NCBI GenBank assembly: GCA_903921825.1
Contig: CAIXRF010000107.1
Span: 1-50,532 of the forward strand
Reading direction: 5' to 3'
From: an uncultured Candidatus Micrarchaeota archaeon
GTDB lineage: Archaea > Micrarchaeota > Micrarchaeia > Burarchaeales > Fermentimicrarchaeaceae
Length of the DNA stretch: 50,532 nucleotides
Numbering within the stretch: the stretch's first letter is position 1; each line of letters begins with the position of its first letter. Positions 18,347-30,011 of the stretch are shown piece after piece. The translations under genes and the position numbers were made by a program. The notes beneath the pieces were generated by a model. The model did no database searches, was not told where the DNA came from, and saw only the letters and a list, made by a program, of their open reading frames with translations.

Positions 18347-19410
18347 CATGGGAGACGGAAATTTTACACCGGCTGAGGCGAAGGTGCTCGTCGAGCTGAT
18401 GGCGCACCAGCACGAGGCCGATAGGGTGATTGCGGAGCGCCTCGGGATGGCGCCCTCCAACTTCGCAGTAGTCAAGAAGAGGCTGGTAGGGAAGGGCGTG
18501 CTTGAGGAACGCATTGGCCTGGACATCGGCCACCTGCCCGAGGCCCACGTCGCCGCCTTCGTGTGGGGGGGAGTACAACCGGCCGATACGCCACCGCTAT
18601 GAGGGCGTCTTTGCAGCAAAGCTCAGGCCGCAGTTCCCAATCTCGGAAACGATGGGCGGGAAGGATTGGGTCCTCAACATCCACTACTTCCGCTCGTTCG
18701 AGGAGGCGGAAACTGCAAGGCTCAAGTTCTCCGAACTCCTGGAGGGCGCAATCAAGCCTCAGGTCGCGCGCTACACGTGGAGGTCCGTGCCGCTGAGCCA
18801 CCTTTCGGCCTACTCTTTCCCGGGCAGGCTTACCCGGTATGCCTTCACGCACGAGCTGGAGGCCGTGACTAGCCTCAAGAAGGCCGGCATCGTGGAGCAC
18901 GCCTCGTCGGAGCGGCAGGCGAAGCTTAACGAGACCGAGAAGAAGGTCCTGCTCGCCCTGCGGAAGTACCCGGGCATGAAAAGGAGCGAGATTGCGCGGA
19001 AGGTCGGGATAAGGCAGAGCTCCCTCTCCGAGGTTTCGAAGAGGCTCGGGCAGAAGGAAGTGATTGCGGCGACGAGGATGCCAGACCCGAGGAAGCTGCC
19101 CGGAAGGGACATCGCAGCATTCACGTGGATAGACCTCGCGCAGCCAATGCCCAAGGAAGAATACGATGAGTGCATCATGGAGATGATAAACTCGACGCCG
19201 CAGCTCTACTCCATCTACTTCTCACGGACGTTCATACTCATGATTTCGATGTTCCATTCTCTCGACAAGGCGGAGAACTCGAACGTGTCCACGATGGAGC
19301 GCTTCGGGGGCAACCTGAAGACCCTAAACTTCAAGATAGTCCCCTGCGAGCACCTGCAGATGATACACCACCCGCAGTTTCTCGAGAAGCTCCTTGGCGT
19401 CTCGCTCTAG
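18347..19410 (+). pseudogene. Paralog of the 16693 double-HTH regulator, frameshifted at a G7 run (18565-18571)
   Basis: N-part FTPAEAKVLVELMAHQ...AAFVW and C-part EYNRPIR... lie in different frames; the paralog reads AGFVWLEYNRPIR continuously. Removing one G restores a full ORF. Confidence 0.8.
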
Positions 19411-19467
19411 CAAGGCGGGCGGCGCTGGCGACAGCACATCCGCAGCCGGGGCAGCGGGCGTCTCGTT

Positions 19468-20892
19468 CTAGTAGGGGTAGATGACGTCTGCGACAGTGTA
19501 GTCGTAATTTATGGTCAGCGTCTGGCCCTTGGCTATCGCCGGCTTCCACTCGAGGATGTTGCCCGGCTCCTGCACAACCGGGATGCTGGAGGAAACGAGC
19601 CTCACGGTGTCGCCATAGCTCATCTGGTCGTTTATGCGCAGCTCAACGTCCTCGTTCATCCCGTTCGTGATTGTGAGCCTGAGCTTGTAGTCCGTCACGC
19701 GCATGTTGCCCTCGGTGTAGGTTGTGTGGTTCAGCTCCTCCCTCATGGTGTGGATGTCGGGCAGGTCTGCAACAGTCACGCGCATCTCCTGGTTGCGCGG
19801 CGTATAGCCTATCGAGTCCTCACCGAGAAGCTCGCCATTAAGGTATACCGAGGCGATGCCCGCGGCCCTCGGAGTGGTGCTTGTGTTGTTCAGGATGAAG
19901 GTTTTCACTGGCGGACCGTAGCTGGTGTTCCAGAAGTACTCGCGCTTGTATTCCTGCCCCTGCCGCTCGAAGAGTGGCAGCTCCCTTGTCTCACCGTTCT
20001 TGATTGTCGCAGGCGATGAGAGGGTATAGATTACGTATGCGCTGAATGGCGAGTAAGTGAAGCCCGGTGCAACGTTCGCTGTTGGCATGTAGATGCCCTC
20101 CGCTGCGCCGGCTGAAGTCTGCCGCATGTCATAGTAATTACTATACCTTGCAATGTGCGGGTAGCCGACGACGAGCGTGAGGTTTATTCCGTTCCAGTCC
20201 TCGCCCGCGTTGTTCTGCACCTCGGCCCACCCATGCAGCGTGCCGCTGCCGGAGGCTGCCTCGCCCGTGAGGTAAAATTTGTAGTTCGGCGTCCACGAGG
20301 CGCCCGAAACGAGGTAGTTCAGCCTGAGCTTGTGCTCGCCCGCGCTTGCATTTGCCTCCCTGACTGCGAGGCCGTATTCCGTCTTCGTTTCGTTCTCCTC
20401 CTTCGCCTCGCTGAACTGCGCGACAGGCGAGTCGAGCTTCGTGATTGAGGAGATTGGGTATATGGAGAAGGCGCCTCCTGCGAGCACGCCTATCCTCTCG
20501 CCGTCGAACCAGACGAGCTTCGCCTTGTTCGCCGTGGTTCCGACCGTGAAGTTGATGTCGGAGTTCAGGCTCCTGTTCAGGATTTGTGCGAAAGTGAGGA
20601 GCTCTGTGGTGTTTTTCGTCTCGTTCCATTCCATCCGGTAGTCATAGAGCTCTGAGATTGCGGCCCCGGAATCGCCTGCCGAAACAGACGACGCGAACGC
20701 GCTGGGTGTGAAGTTTATCACGTGAAGCGTGAGGTCGCCGCCCAGAAGCTGCATCGCCCCGAAGCGCGTCATGTAGCTGAAGCCGTTTGAATAGACGACC
20801 GCGCTGGTGACTGGCGCGGAAACGGTCTGGTTCGCCGCGAGCGCTAGCGCCGAAAGCAGCGCGAATGCGAGCATGAATGCATATCCGTTCAT
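19468..20892 (-). CDS. DUF4139-like secreted protein
   Basis: Signal peptide; VVYSNG, Y..SGASW.P.Y, A.VQNN.GEDW....L.LV.G motifs; GGTGG RBS. Confidence 0.8.
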   Translation of the reverse strand: MNGYAFMLAFALLSALALAANQTVSAPVTSAVVYSNGFSYMTRFGAMQLLGGDLTLHVINFTPSAFASSVSAGDSGAAISELYDYRMEWNETKNTTELLTFAQILNRSLNSDINFTVGTTANKAKLVWFDGERIGVLAGGAFSIYPISSITKLDSPVAQFSEAKEENETKTEYGLAVREANASAGEHKLRLNYLVSGASWTPNYKFYLTGEAASGSGTLHGWAEVQNNAGEDWNGINLTLVVGYPHIARYSNYYDMRQTSAGAAEGIYMPTANVAPGFTYSPFSAYVIYTLSSPATIKNGETRELPLFERQGQEYKREYFWNTSYGPPVKTFILNNTSTTPRAAGIASVYLNGELLGEDSIGYTPRNQEMRVTVADLPDIHTMREELNHTTYTEGNMRVTDYKLRLTITNGMNEDVELRINDQMSYGDTVRLVSSSIPVVQEPGNILEWKPAIAKGQTLTINYDYTVADVIYPY

Positions 20893-20990
20893 ATGACCAC
20901 CTGGGGGAATTGGCCCGCGGCTGGTTTTAAAAGTGTGGGTTTTGTTCGGCCTGCGAACCCTAGTTAAATCTTGGCGTGCAAAACCAATTC

Positions 20991-22256
20991 ATGAAGACGA
21001 GCGAGTTCTCCGGCTTCTACAAGCTTTCGGTCGAGCAGAGGGCGAGGGAGGTCGCGGAGTTTGCGGGCCTCAGCCCGGAAGAGGAGCGGCTTCTCCGCGC
21101 GTTCTCCTCGCTGGACAGCGGGACCGCGGACAGGATGATTGAGAACGTCGTGGGCACGATGCCTATCCCTATGGGGATTGCAGTAAATTTCAAAATCAAC
21201 GGCAGGGACTATTTGGTGCCGATGGCGATTGAGGAGCCGAGCGTCGTCGCGGCTGCGAGCAATTCCGCGAAGATGGCTAGGGAGAGGGGTGGTTTCACAG
21301 CGCGCGCTGCACCGCCACTGATGATTGGGCAGATTCAGGTTGTTGGGATTGCGGACGCGGAAAAGGCGAAGGCGAAAGTTCTTGCCGAGAAAGGGCGGCT
21401 AATCACTCTCGCGAATTCGTGCGACCCCGTGCTCGTGAAGTTCGGGGGAGGGGCCAGAGAGCTGGAGGCGCACGTCATCAATACGGACGCAGGGAAAATG
21501 CTCATCGTCCACCTCATTGTTGACGTGCGCGACGCGATGGGCGCGAATGCAGTGAACACGATGTGCGAGGCGCTCGCAAAGCCCGTTGAGGAGCTCACTG
21601 AAGGAAGAGTTCTTTTGAAAATAATCTCCAACCTTGCGAACAGGAGGACCGTGAAGGCGAGCGCGACGTGGACGAAGGAGGCGCTGGGTGGGGAGGAAGT
21701 GGTGGATAGGATAGTGCTTGCCTACCAGTTCGCCGCGAATGACATCTTCCGCGCGACGACGCACAACAAGGGGATAATGAATGGCGTGGACGCGGTTGCG
21801 GTTGCGACCGGGAACGACTGGAGGGCGCTGGAGGCTGGCGCACATGCCTTCGCCTCGATAACGGGAAGGTACAAACCGCTCACGACATTCCGGAAGAACG
21901 CACATGGCGATCTTGAAGGCGAACTGGAGATGCCGGTGGCAGTCGGCCTTGTGGGCGGCGCGACCAAAACCCATCCGACTGCGCGGGTGGCGGTGAAGAT
22001 TCTTGGTGTGAAGAGCGCGGGCGAGCTTGCGGAGGTTATCGCTTCCGTCGGGCTTGCGCAAAACCTTGCCGCACTGCGCGCTCTCGCAGCGGAAGGAATC
22101 CAGCGCGGGCACATGGGCCTCCACGCAAGGAACATCGCTGTGATGGCTGGCGCAACGGGCGGGATGATTGATAAGGTTGCAGCGAAAATGGTCGAGGAGA
22201 GGAAGGTAAGGGTAGACAGGGCGAAGGAAATCCTCGACGAGCTTTCCAGTGGCTGA
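20991..22256 (+). CDS. mvaA: Hydroxymethylglutaryl-CoA reductase, class II
   Basis: MIENVVG, PMAIEEPSVVAAAS, DAMGANAVNT, RATTHNKGIMNG, GNDWRA.EAG, GIQRGHM.LH motifs. Confidence 0.95.
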   Translation: MKTSEFSGFYKLSVEQRAREVAEFAGLSPEEERLLRAFSSLDSGTADRMIENVVGTMPIPMGIAVNFKINGRDYLVPMAIEEPSVVAAASNSAKMARERGGFTARAAPPLMIGQIQVVGIADAEKAKAKVLAEKGRLITLANSCDPVLVKFGGGARELEAHVINTDAGKMLIVHLIVDVRDAMGANAVNTMCEALAKPVEELTEGRVLLKIISNLANRRTVKASATWTKEALGGEEVVDRIVLAYQFAANDIFRATTHNKGIMNGVDAVAVATGNDWRALEAGAHAFASITGRYKPLTTFRKNAHGDLEGELEMPVAVGLVGGATKTHPTARVAVKILGVKSAGELAEVIASVGLAQNLAALRALAAEGIQRGHMGLHARNIAVMAGATGGMIDKVAAKMVEERKVRVDRAKEILDELSSG

Positions 22257-23228
22257 TTACCAGTTGCTCAGGTAGATTACGAGCCTGCAGTTGCTGTTTA
22301 TGGCCTCGGCACCGGTTACCACTCCGTTGTTGCAATCAGTCGGGGCTGCGCCTCCGCAGTCAGCTGCGAAAGTGCCCTGCCATGTCTGTGAAGTGGCCTG
22401 GCCGTTCGCGACAACCACTTTGAGCGCGGGCCCGGACATTGAGCTTGAGCCTCCGGAAGTGCTATAGACCACGTTGTAGGAGGTGCCGTTGAGCGAGGCG
22501 GCTGCGGTCACGCTGGTTGGCAGCATCGACTTCATGTAGTGGTACTGGCTTAGCTCAACTGCATTTGGCTGCCTGCCCTTACGCGAGTTGAACATCGACT
22601 TGAACTGGTCCTCGGTGCATTGCTGGTTCAGCGTGTAGAGCGATGAGTACCTGCCCATCAGCTGGCCTTCCGTGGTCGCGTTGGCCGCCGCTATCGCCTG
22701 CTCCGGAGTGCCGCCAGCGGGCGTTGCCGTTGGCGCGGGTGTGGGCGTCGCAGTATGCTGGGGTGTCGGGGTCGGCGTCGCGCCTGCTGGAGTGGGCGTC
22801 ACGCTGCCCTGTGGAGTTGGCGTTGCGCCTGCCGGAGTGGGCGTCGGGGTTGCCGCACCTCCACCAGAATATGCGGAGAGTGCTATGAACGCAGTGTCGC
22901 CGGTAGTGTTGATAAGCCGGAGAGTGATGTCGGGATGCCCATCTTTGTTGAGGTCCACGTCCTTGCTTTGCCCCTCGGTGAGCGACACGGGGGTGTTGCC
23001 CGGGTTTATCACGAAGAGCGCGCTAACCTGCAGCACGTCCTGTGCGTAGAGCGAATATTCGGGCGTAGAGCCGTTTGCGACTATCCTGAAATAGAGTGTT
23101 CCGCTCTGCTGCACGGGGAACTGCACGGCCTCGGTTATGAGCGGGGACTCGTGCGGCAACTGAATGCCGCAGCAGCCGAAGAGCAGCAGTGCTGCCGCAA
23201 GTGTGAAGAATCCAATCCGGGTCGCCAT
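22257..23228 (-). CDS. Putative lipoprotein with Pro/Thr linker
   Basis: Lipobox-like LLLFGC; Ca-binding-like DLNKDGHPD; ATPTP repeats; Cys-containing C-domain. Confidence 0.75.
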   Translation of the reverse strand: MATRIGFFTLAAALLLFGCCGIQLPHESPLITEAVQFPVQQSGTLYFRIVANGSTPEYSLYAQDVLQVSALFVINPGNTPVSLTEGQSKDVDLNKDGHPDITLRLINTTGDTAFIALSAYSGGGAATPTPTPAGATPTPQGSVTPTPAGATPTPTPQHTATPTPAPTATPAGGTPEQAIAAANATTEGQLMGRYSSLYTLNQQCTEDQFKSMFNSRKGRQPNAVELSQYHYMKSMLPTSVTAAASLNGTSYNVVYSTSGGSSSMSGPALKVVVANGQATSQTWQGTFAADCGGAAPTDCNNGVVTGAEAINSNCRLVIYLSNW

Positions 23229-23283
23229 GGTAGGGAATCTCGCGGAGTCCTATATAAATGTATCACGCAGTGCGGCGCGCGCC

Positions 23284-23817
23284 TCAGATGCTTACCCGTT
23301 CCTTGCCCCAGCGCACGAGCATGCCGAAGCCGACGGCGACGACCGCTACGCTCAGGTAGAGGAACGCCCACTGGAACCATTCGTACCTGAACCAGCCGAA
23401 CATACCGAGGGCGAAGAAAATGAAGAAGAAGAGCGCAGTCGCCCAGTTGACCAGCACTACTATGGGGATGGTGCGGCGGAAGACCTTCTGCCCCCACAGC
23501 TTCATCTCCCGCATCCTCGCGAGTTCCCGCTCGGCCCTGAATGCGGACCACATCTCATTAGACTTGAAGATTTCGGGCAGGCCGATGTAGCCGCATTCGG
23601 CGCATGCGATGGTCTTGGAAGTCACGAAGGTCATGAGAGTGCTGCCGCACCTTGGGCAGGCAACTATTTCTTCTGCAGGTGCTTCACGGGCGGGCGCAGG
23701 CATCGGGCTTGGCACTGGCTTGGCTGCAGGTGCAGGCTTCAGGCTGGGTGCCGGCTTGGCTGCATGCGCAGGCTTCGGGCTGCGCACAGGCCTAGCTGCG
23801 GGTTTTTTTCTCGCCAT
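23284..23817 (-). CDS. Zinc-ribbon membrane protein with Lys/Pro/Ala-rich N-terminus
   Basis: CPRCG...CAECG; two C-terminal TM helices; GGTGA RBS. Confidence 0.75.
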   Translation of the reverse strand: MARKKPAARPVRSPKPAHAAKPAPSLKPAPAAKPVPSPMPAPAREAPAEEIVACPRCGSTLMTFVTSKTIACAECGYIGLPEIFKSNEMWSAFRAERELARMREMKLWGQKVFRRTIPIVVLVNWATALFFFIFFALGMFGWFRYEWFQWAFLYLSVAVVAVGFGMLVRWGKERVSI

Positions 23818-23839
23818 GGGTTGCTTTTCACCGCCATTA

Positions 23840-26355
23840 TTAAAGTATCTCTATATCGCCGGTCTTCTTCTCCTGCGCCGGTGGCGCCTTTGGAATCTGG
23901 GCGTCCTTGTGCTCCTGCGGCATTTCGCCCGCTACGCGTGCGACAGCGGCAATCCTCTCTCCGGGGGCGAGCTTCATCAGCCGCACGCCCTGCGTATTCC
24001 TTCCAATCACGGAGATGCCATTCACGTGTATGCGGATGATGACCCCGCTGGAGTTGACTATCATCAGCTCATCGCTGTCCTTCACGGCGCGGATGGCGAC
24101 GACCTTGCCGTTGCGCTCCGTTGCCTGGATGTTTATCACGCCGTAGCCTCCTCTGGCCTGGTGGCGGTATTCGTCGATGGGCGTGCGCTTCCCATGGCCG
24201 TTCTCGCAGATTGTTAGGAGCGTGTCGCCGGGCTCCACGGTGGCCATCCCCACCACCTCGTCGCCCTCGCGCAGCCTTATCCCTATCACACCCATGCCCG
24301 TCCGCCCTATTGGGCGCGCGTCGCGCTCGTTGAACCGGATGGCCACTCCTTCGCGCGTCGCGAGTATGACGTCCTGGTTCCCAGCAGTCCTGCGCACATC
24401 TATGAGGCCGTCGCCCTCGCGCGTGGTGATTGCGATTATCCCCCCTCTCCTCGGGTTCGCATACTCGGAGAGGGAGCTCCTTTTCACTATCCCGTCCTTC
24501 GTTGAGATTATGAGATATTCGCTATCCCCGAATCCGCTGACCGGGATGAACGCGCGCACCTTCTCATCCTTCAGCTCAAGCAGGTTCACTATCGCCCTGC
24601 CCGCGGCATATCTTCCCGCTTCCGGGATGCGGTATACCTTGAGCCAGTGGACGCGGCCCTTGTCCGTGAAGAAGAGGAGGTAGTCGTGGGTGTTCGCTAT
24701 CATCATGTCCGTTGCGAAATCCTGCTCCTTCGCCTCGACGCCTATCACTCCTTTCCCGCCCCTGCGCTGCGTCTCGTATTCGGCAAGCGGCATCCTCTTT
24801 ATGTAGCCGCTGTTCGTGATTGTGACGACGACCTTCTCGCGCGGAATAAGCTCCTCGACAGTTATCCCGCCAACCTCCTCGGTTATCTGCGTGCGCCGCG
24901 CATCGCCGTAGCGCTTCTTCAGCTCGGCGAGCTCGCCTTTTACGAGAGCATGGATGAACTTCACTTCCGAGAGCAGTTTCTTCAGGCGCGCGATGTCCAC
25001 GAGCAGCTCCCTGTGCTCCTCGTCAATCTTCCCGCGCTCGAGCGCGGTGAGGCGCTGCAGCTTCATGTCCAGTATCGCCTGCGCCTGCTTCTCGCTCAGG
25101 CTGAAACCGGCTATGAGCGCGGACTTCGCAGCCTGCGGGCTCTCCGACTTTTTCACGGTCTGCACGATGGCATCTATCTGTGAGAGCGCGATGCGCAGGC
25201 CTTCGAGGATGTGCGCCCTCTCCTCGGCCTGCGAGAGCTCGAACTTGCTCCGCTTTATGAGCACGAGCGTCCTGTATTCCACGAAATGCTCGACGAGGTC
25301 GCGGAGCGTGAGCACCTTGGGCTGCCCGTCCACGAGCGCCAGGTTTATCACCCCGAAGGTGGTCTGCATTGGCGTGTGCTCATAGAGCTGGTTAAGCACG
25401 ACGTCAGCGTTCGCGTCCCGCTTGAGCTCTATGACTATGCGCATCCCTTCCCTGTCGGATTCATCGCGCAGGTCGGAGATTCCCTCCACCTTCTTCGCAT
25501 TCACGAGCTCTGCCATTTGCTCGATGAGCTTTGCCTTGTTCACCATGTAGGGAAGCTCATTCACTATTATCCGCCTGTGCTCCTTCTCCTCCTTAATCTC
25601 CGTCTTTGCGCGCACAATGAGACTCCCCTTCCCTGTAGAGTATGCGGCGTATATGCCGCTCCTTCCGCATATCTGCGCGCCCGTTGGGAAGTCCGGCCCT
25701 TGCACGAAGCCCATCAGCTCCTGCAGGCTGCAATCGGGGTGGTCTATGTAGTGCGTCAGTGCGTCGCACACCTCGCACAGGTTGTGGGGAGGCATGTTCG
25801 TGGCCATGCCGACCGCAATGCCGCTCGAGCCGTTGATGAGGAGGTTCGGCAGCTTTGCCGGAAGGATGGCGGGCTCCTGGAGCGAGCCGTCGAAATTCGG
25901 CACGAACTTAACGGTCTGCTTCTCTATGTCGGCGAGCATCTCCTCCGCCGGCTTCGCGAGCCGCACCTCCGTGTACCTCATCGCTGCGGCGGAATCCCCG
26001 TCGACGCTACCAAAATTTCCCTGCCCGTCAACCAGCGGGTAGCGCAGCGAGAAATCCTGTGCCATCCGGACGATGGTGTCGTAGACCGCGATGTCGCCGT
26101 GGGGGTGGTATTTGCCCAGGCAGTCTCCGACAACGCGCGCGCTCTTCTTGTATGGCTTGTCGCTCGCGTTCCCCAAATCATACATCGTGAAGAGAACCCT
26201 GCGGTGGGCGGGCTTGAGCCCGTCCCTCACGTCCGGAAGGGCCCTCCCGGTAATCACGCTCATAGCGTAGTCAAGGTAGGACTCCCGCATCTCGTCGCGG
26301 ATTTCCCTATCCGCGATGCCCGCGCTGCCTTCTTTTGCGTCTGCCATAGCAACCA

Positions 26356-26356
<1 letters not shown>
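23840..26356 (-). CDS. gyrA: DNA gyrase subunit A
   Basis: [35 protein letters not shown] (catalytic Tyr), GyrA-box QRRGGKG; ATG overlaps the gyrB stop (TGATG). Confidence 0.97.
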
Positions 26357-28325
<1,969 letters not shown>

Positions 28326-28332
28326 GTATCGA

Positions 28333-28363
28333 ACGCGCGCGCGTGCGCGCGCGTGCGCGCGTA
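28333..28363. repeat. 31-bp perfect alternating purine/pyrimidine tract (Z-DNA-prone)
   Basis: ACGCGCGCGCGTGCGCGCGCGTGCGCGCGTA, read directly. Confidence 0.9.
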
Positions 28364-28414
28364 GGGAAAAATCTGTGCTGCGCTAGCGCCCGTTGGTGTG
28401 CGTGGGGAAACCAG

Positions 28415-28933
28415 CTATTCCTCGGGGCCTGGGAGTATCGGTTTTTCGCCCTTCGCCTCAAGGTAGACATCGTAAACCACTACAAAGCCGAGTAGGACGG
28501 GCACCAGGAGTGCCAAGAAGAAAAATGGCATGCAGCAGAAGGCGCCGAAACCAAATGTGGCGAGGGTGACGCCGAACATGCCAAAAAGGAGCACCGCAAC
28601 GAGGATGGCGGTTATGACCCAGTTGAGGATCAGATAGATGAGTCCCTTCTTTATCTTCCCGAGGTAGAAGTAGCCTATCGCGGCTGCGCCTCCGAGCGCG
28701 AGCAGCCCTACCACCGCGATAAGCGCGGCAATCCCGGGGTCCTTGTCGCCTGACGCACCCCTGAGCGGGAAGCCGCACTCCGGGCAGATGACCGCTCCCT
28801 TGCTCTTCAGCTTCTCCCCGCAGCCGGGACAATAAGCCACGGCAATGCGCGGGTCCGCTCCGCACTTCACGCACATCTTCGCGCTCTTGCTTGCAAGAGG
28901 GGCGCCGCATGCGCCGCAGTAGCTAACGTCCAT
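28415..28933 (-). CDS. Double-zinc-ribbon plus TM2-like membrane protein (paralog B)
   Basis: Four CxxC pairs, then KDPGIAALI...G.FYLGK.KKG and TM helices; ATG at 28933. Confidence 0.85.
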   Translation of the reverse strand: MDVSYCGACGAPLASKSAKMCVKCGADPRIAVAYCPGCGEKLKSKGAVICPECGFPLRGASGDKDPGIAALIAVVGLLALGGAAAIGYFYLGKIKKGLIYLILNWVITAILVAVLLFGMFGVTLATFGFGAFCCMPFFFLALLVPVLLGFVVVYDVYLEAKGEKPILPGPEE

Positions 28934-28934
28934 G

Positions 28935-29498
28935 TCAGTCTCCCGAGAATGGCAATAGCGGCTTGTCACCCTTCGCTTCTAGGTAGACGTCGTAGACTAT
29001 TACGAGCTCGAAGAGGAGGGGTATCACAAATATGACAAGGCATACGAGTGTCCCTGCCGCCCCTGCAAGTGCGAGCAGCGCTCCCAGCAGCGGGCCGCAG
29101 ACGGGCAAGATCCCTACGAGCATGCCCGCGAACATCGTGCCTCCGGTGGCGACCACATACAGCACGACTGTCCCTATAAGCACTGCCCAAGACGCAATCA
29201 GATAGATGAGCCCCTTCTTGACCTTCCCCAGGTAGAAGTAGCCTGCTGCGGGCGCACCAAGGAAGAGCATGCAGACTACGCTTATGAGCGCCGCGATGCC
29301 CGGGTCCTTGTCGCCTGACGCACCCCTGAGCGGGAAGCCGCACTCCGGGCAGATGACCGCTCCCTTGCTCTTCAGCTTCTCCCCGCAGCCGGGACAATAA
29401 GCCACGGCAACGCGCGGGTTAGAGCCGCACTTCACGCATATCTTCGCGCTCTTGCTTGCAAGAGGGGCGCCGCATGCGCCGCAGTAGCTTACATCCAT
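28935..29498 (-). CDS. Double-zinc-ribbon plus TM2-like membrane protein (paralog A)
   Basis: Same architecture; GGGTGA RBS; N-terminal ~200 bp nearly identical to paralog B. Confidence 0.85.
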   Translation of the reverse strand: MDVSYCGACGAPLASKSAKICVKCGSNPRVAVAYCPGCGEKLKSKGAVICPECGFPLRGASGDKDPGIAALISVVCMLFLGAPAAGYFYLGKVKKGLIYLIASWAVLIGTVVLYVVATGGTMFAGMLVGILPVCGPLLGALLALAGAAGTLVCLVIFVIPLLFELVIVYDVYLEAKGDKPLLPFSGD

Positions 29499-29591
29499 GG
29501 TTTCACCCGCACCCTTAATTGAGTTTGAAACTGACTTTGCTCAGCAGTATTTAAATATTGGCGGGCAAATCCACGGCAGGAGGGATATTTT

Positions 29592-29984
29592 ATGGCTCAG
29601 AACAATATTATGGCAGTTGTCGCATACATCGGGATGATAGTTTCCCTCGGCTGGCTGACCGGCCTGATAGTCTATCTCATCTCGAAGGATGATAGGGTCA
29701 CGAGGTTCCATGGGATGCAGGCGATACTTTTCAGCATCGTCTACTCCATACTGTTCGCCATCGTCGCAACGGTGGTGATCGGCGGCATGTTCGTCCTGAC
29801 CATGATAGCCGCAACGCAAGTCGGCGGGTTTGCTACAATCCTTATGCTGCTTGCCGGGGCGCTTGTCGGAATCATTGGCCTGGTCGTATTCGCGCTCTGG
29901 GTCTGGGTGATGTGGCAGGCGTTCAACAACAAAATATACAGACTGCCGCTCGTAGGCGGGCTCGCTGAGAACTGGAGCGCATAG
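29592..29984 (+). CDS. DUF4870-like small membrane protein
   Basis: AY..., K.D..RFH.MQA, three TM helices, Y.LP.VG..AE. Confidence 0.8.
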   Translation: MAQNNIMAVVAYIGMIVSLGWLTGLIVYLISKDDRVTRFHGMQAILFSIVYSILFAIVATVVIGGMFVLTMIAATQVGGFATILMLLAGALVGIIGLVVFALWVWVMWQAFNNKIYRLPLVGGLAENWSA

Positions 29985-30011
29985 GCACGGTTCTTTTCCT
30001 TATTTTCATTT

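Noticed and set aside
19411-19467. GC-rich spacer between convergent genes as an ncRNA or terminator
   Set aside because: Only weak, imperfect pairing and no U-tract; not enough support.
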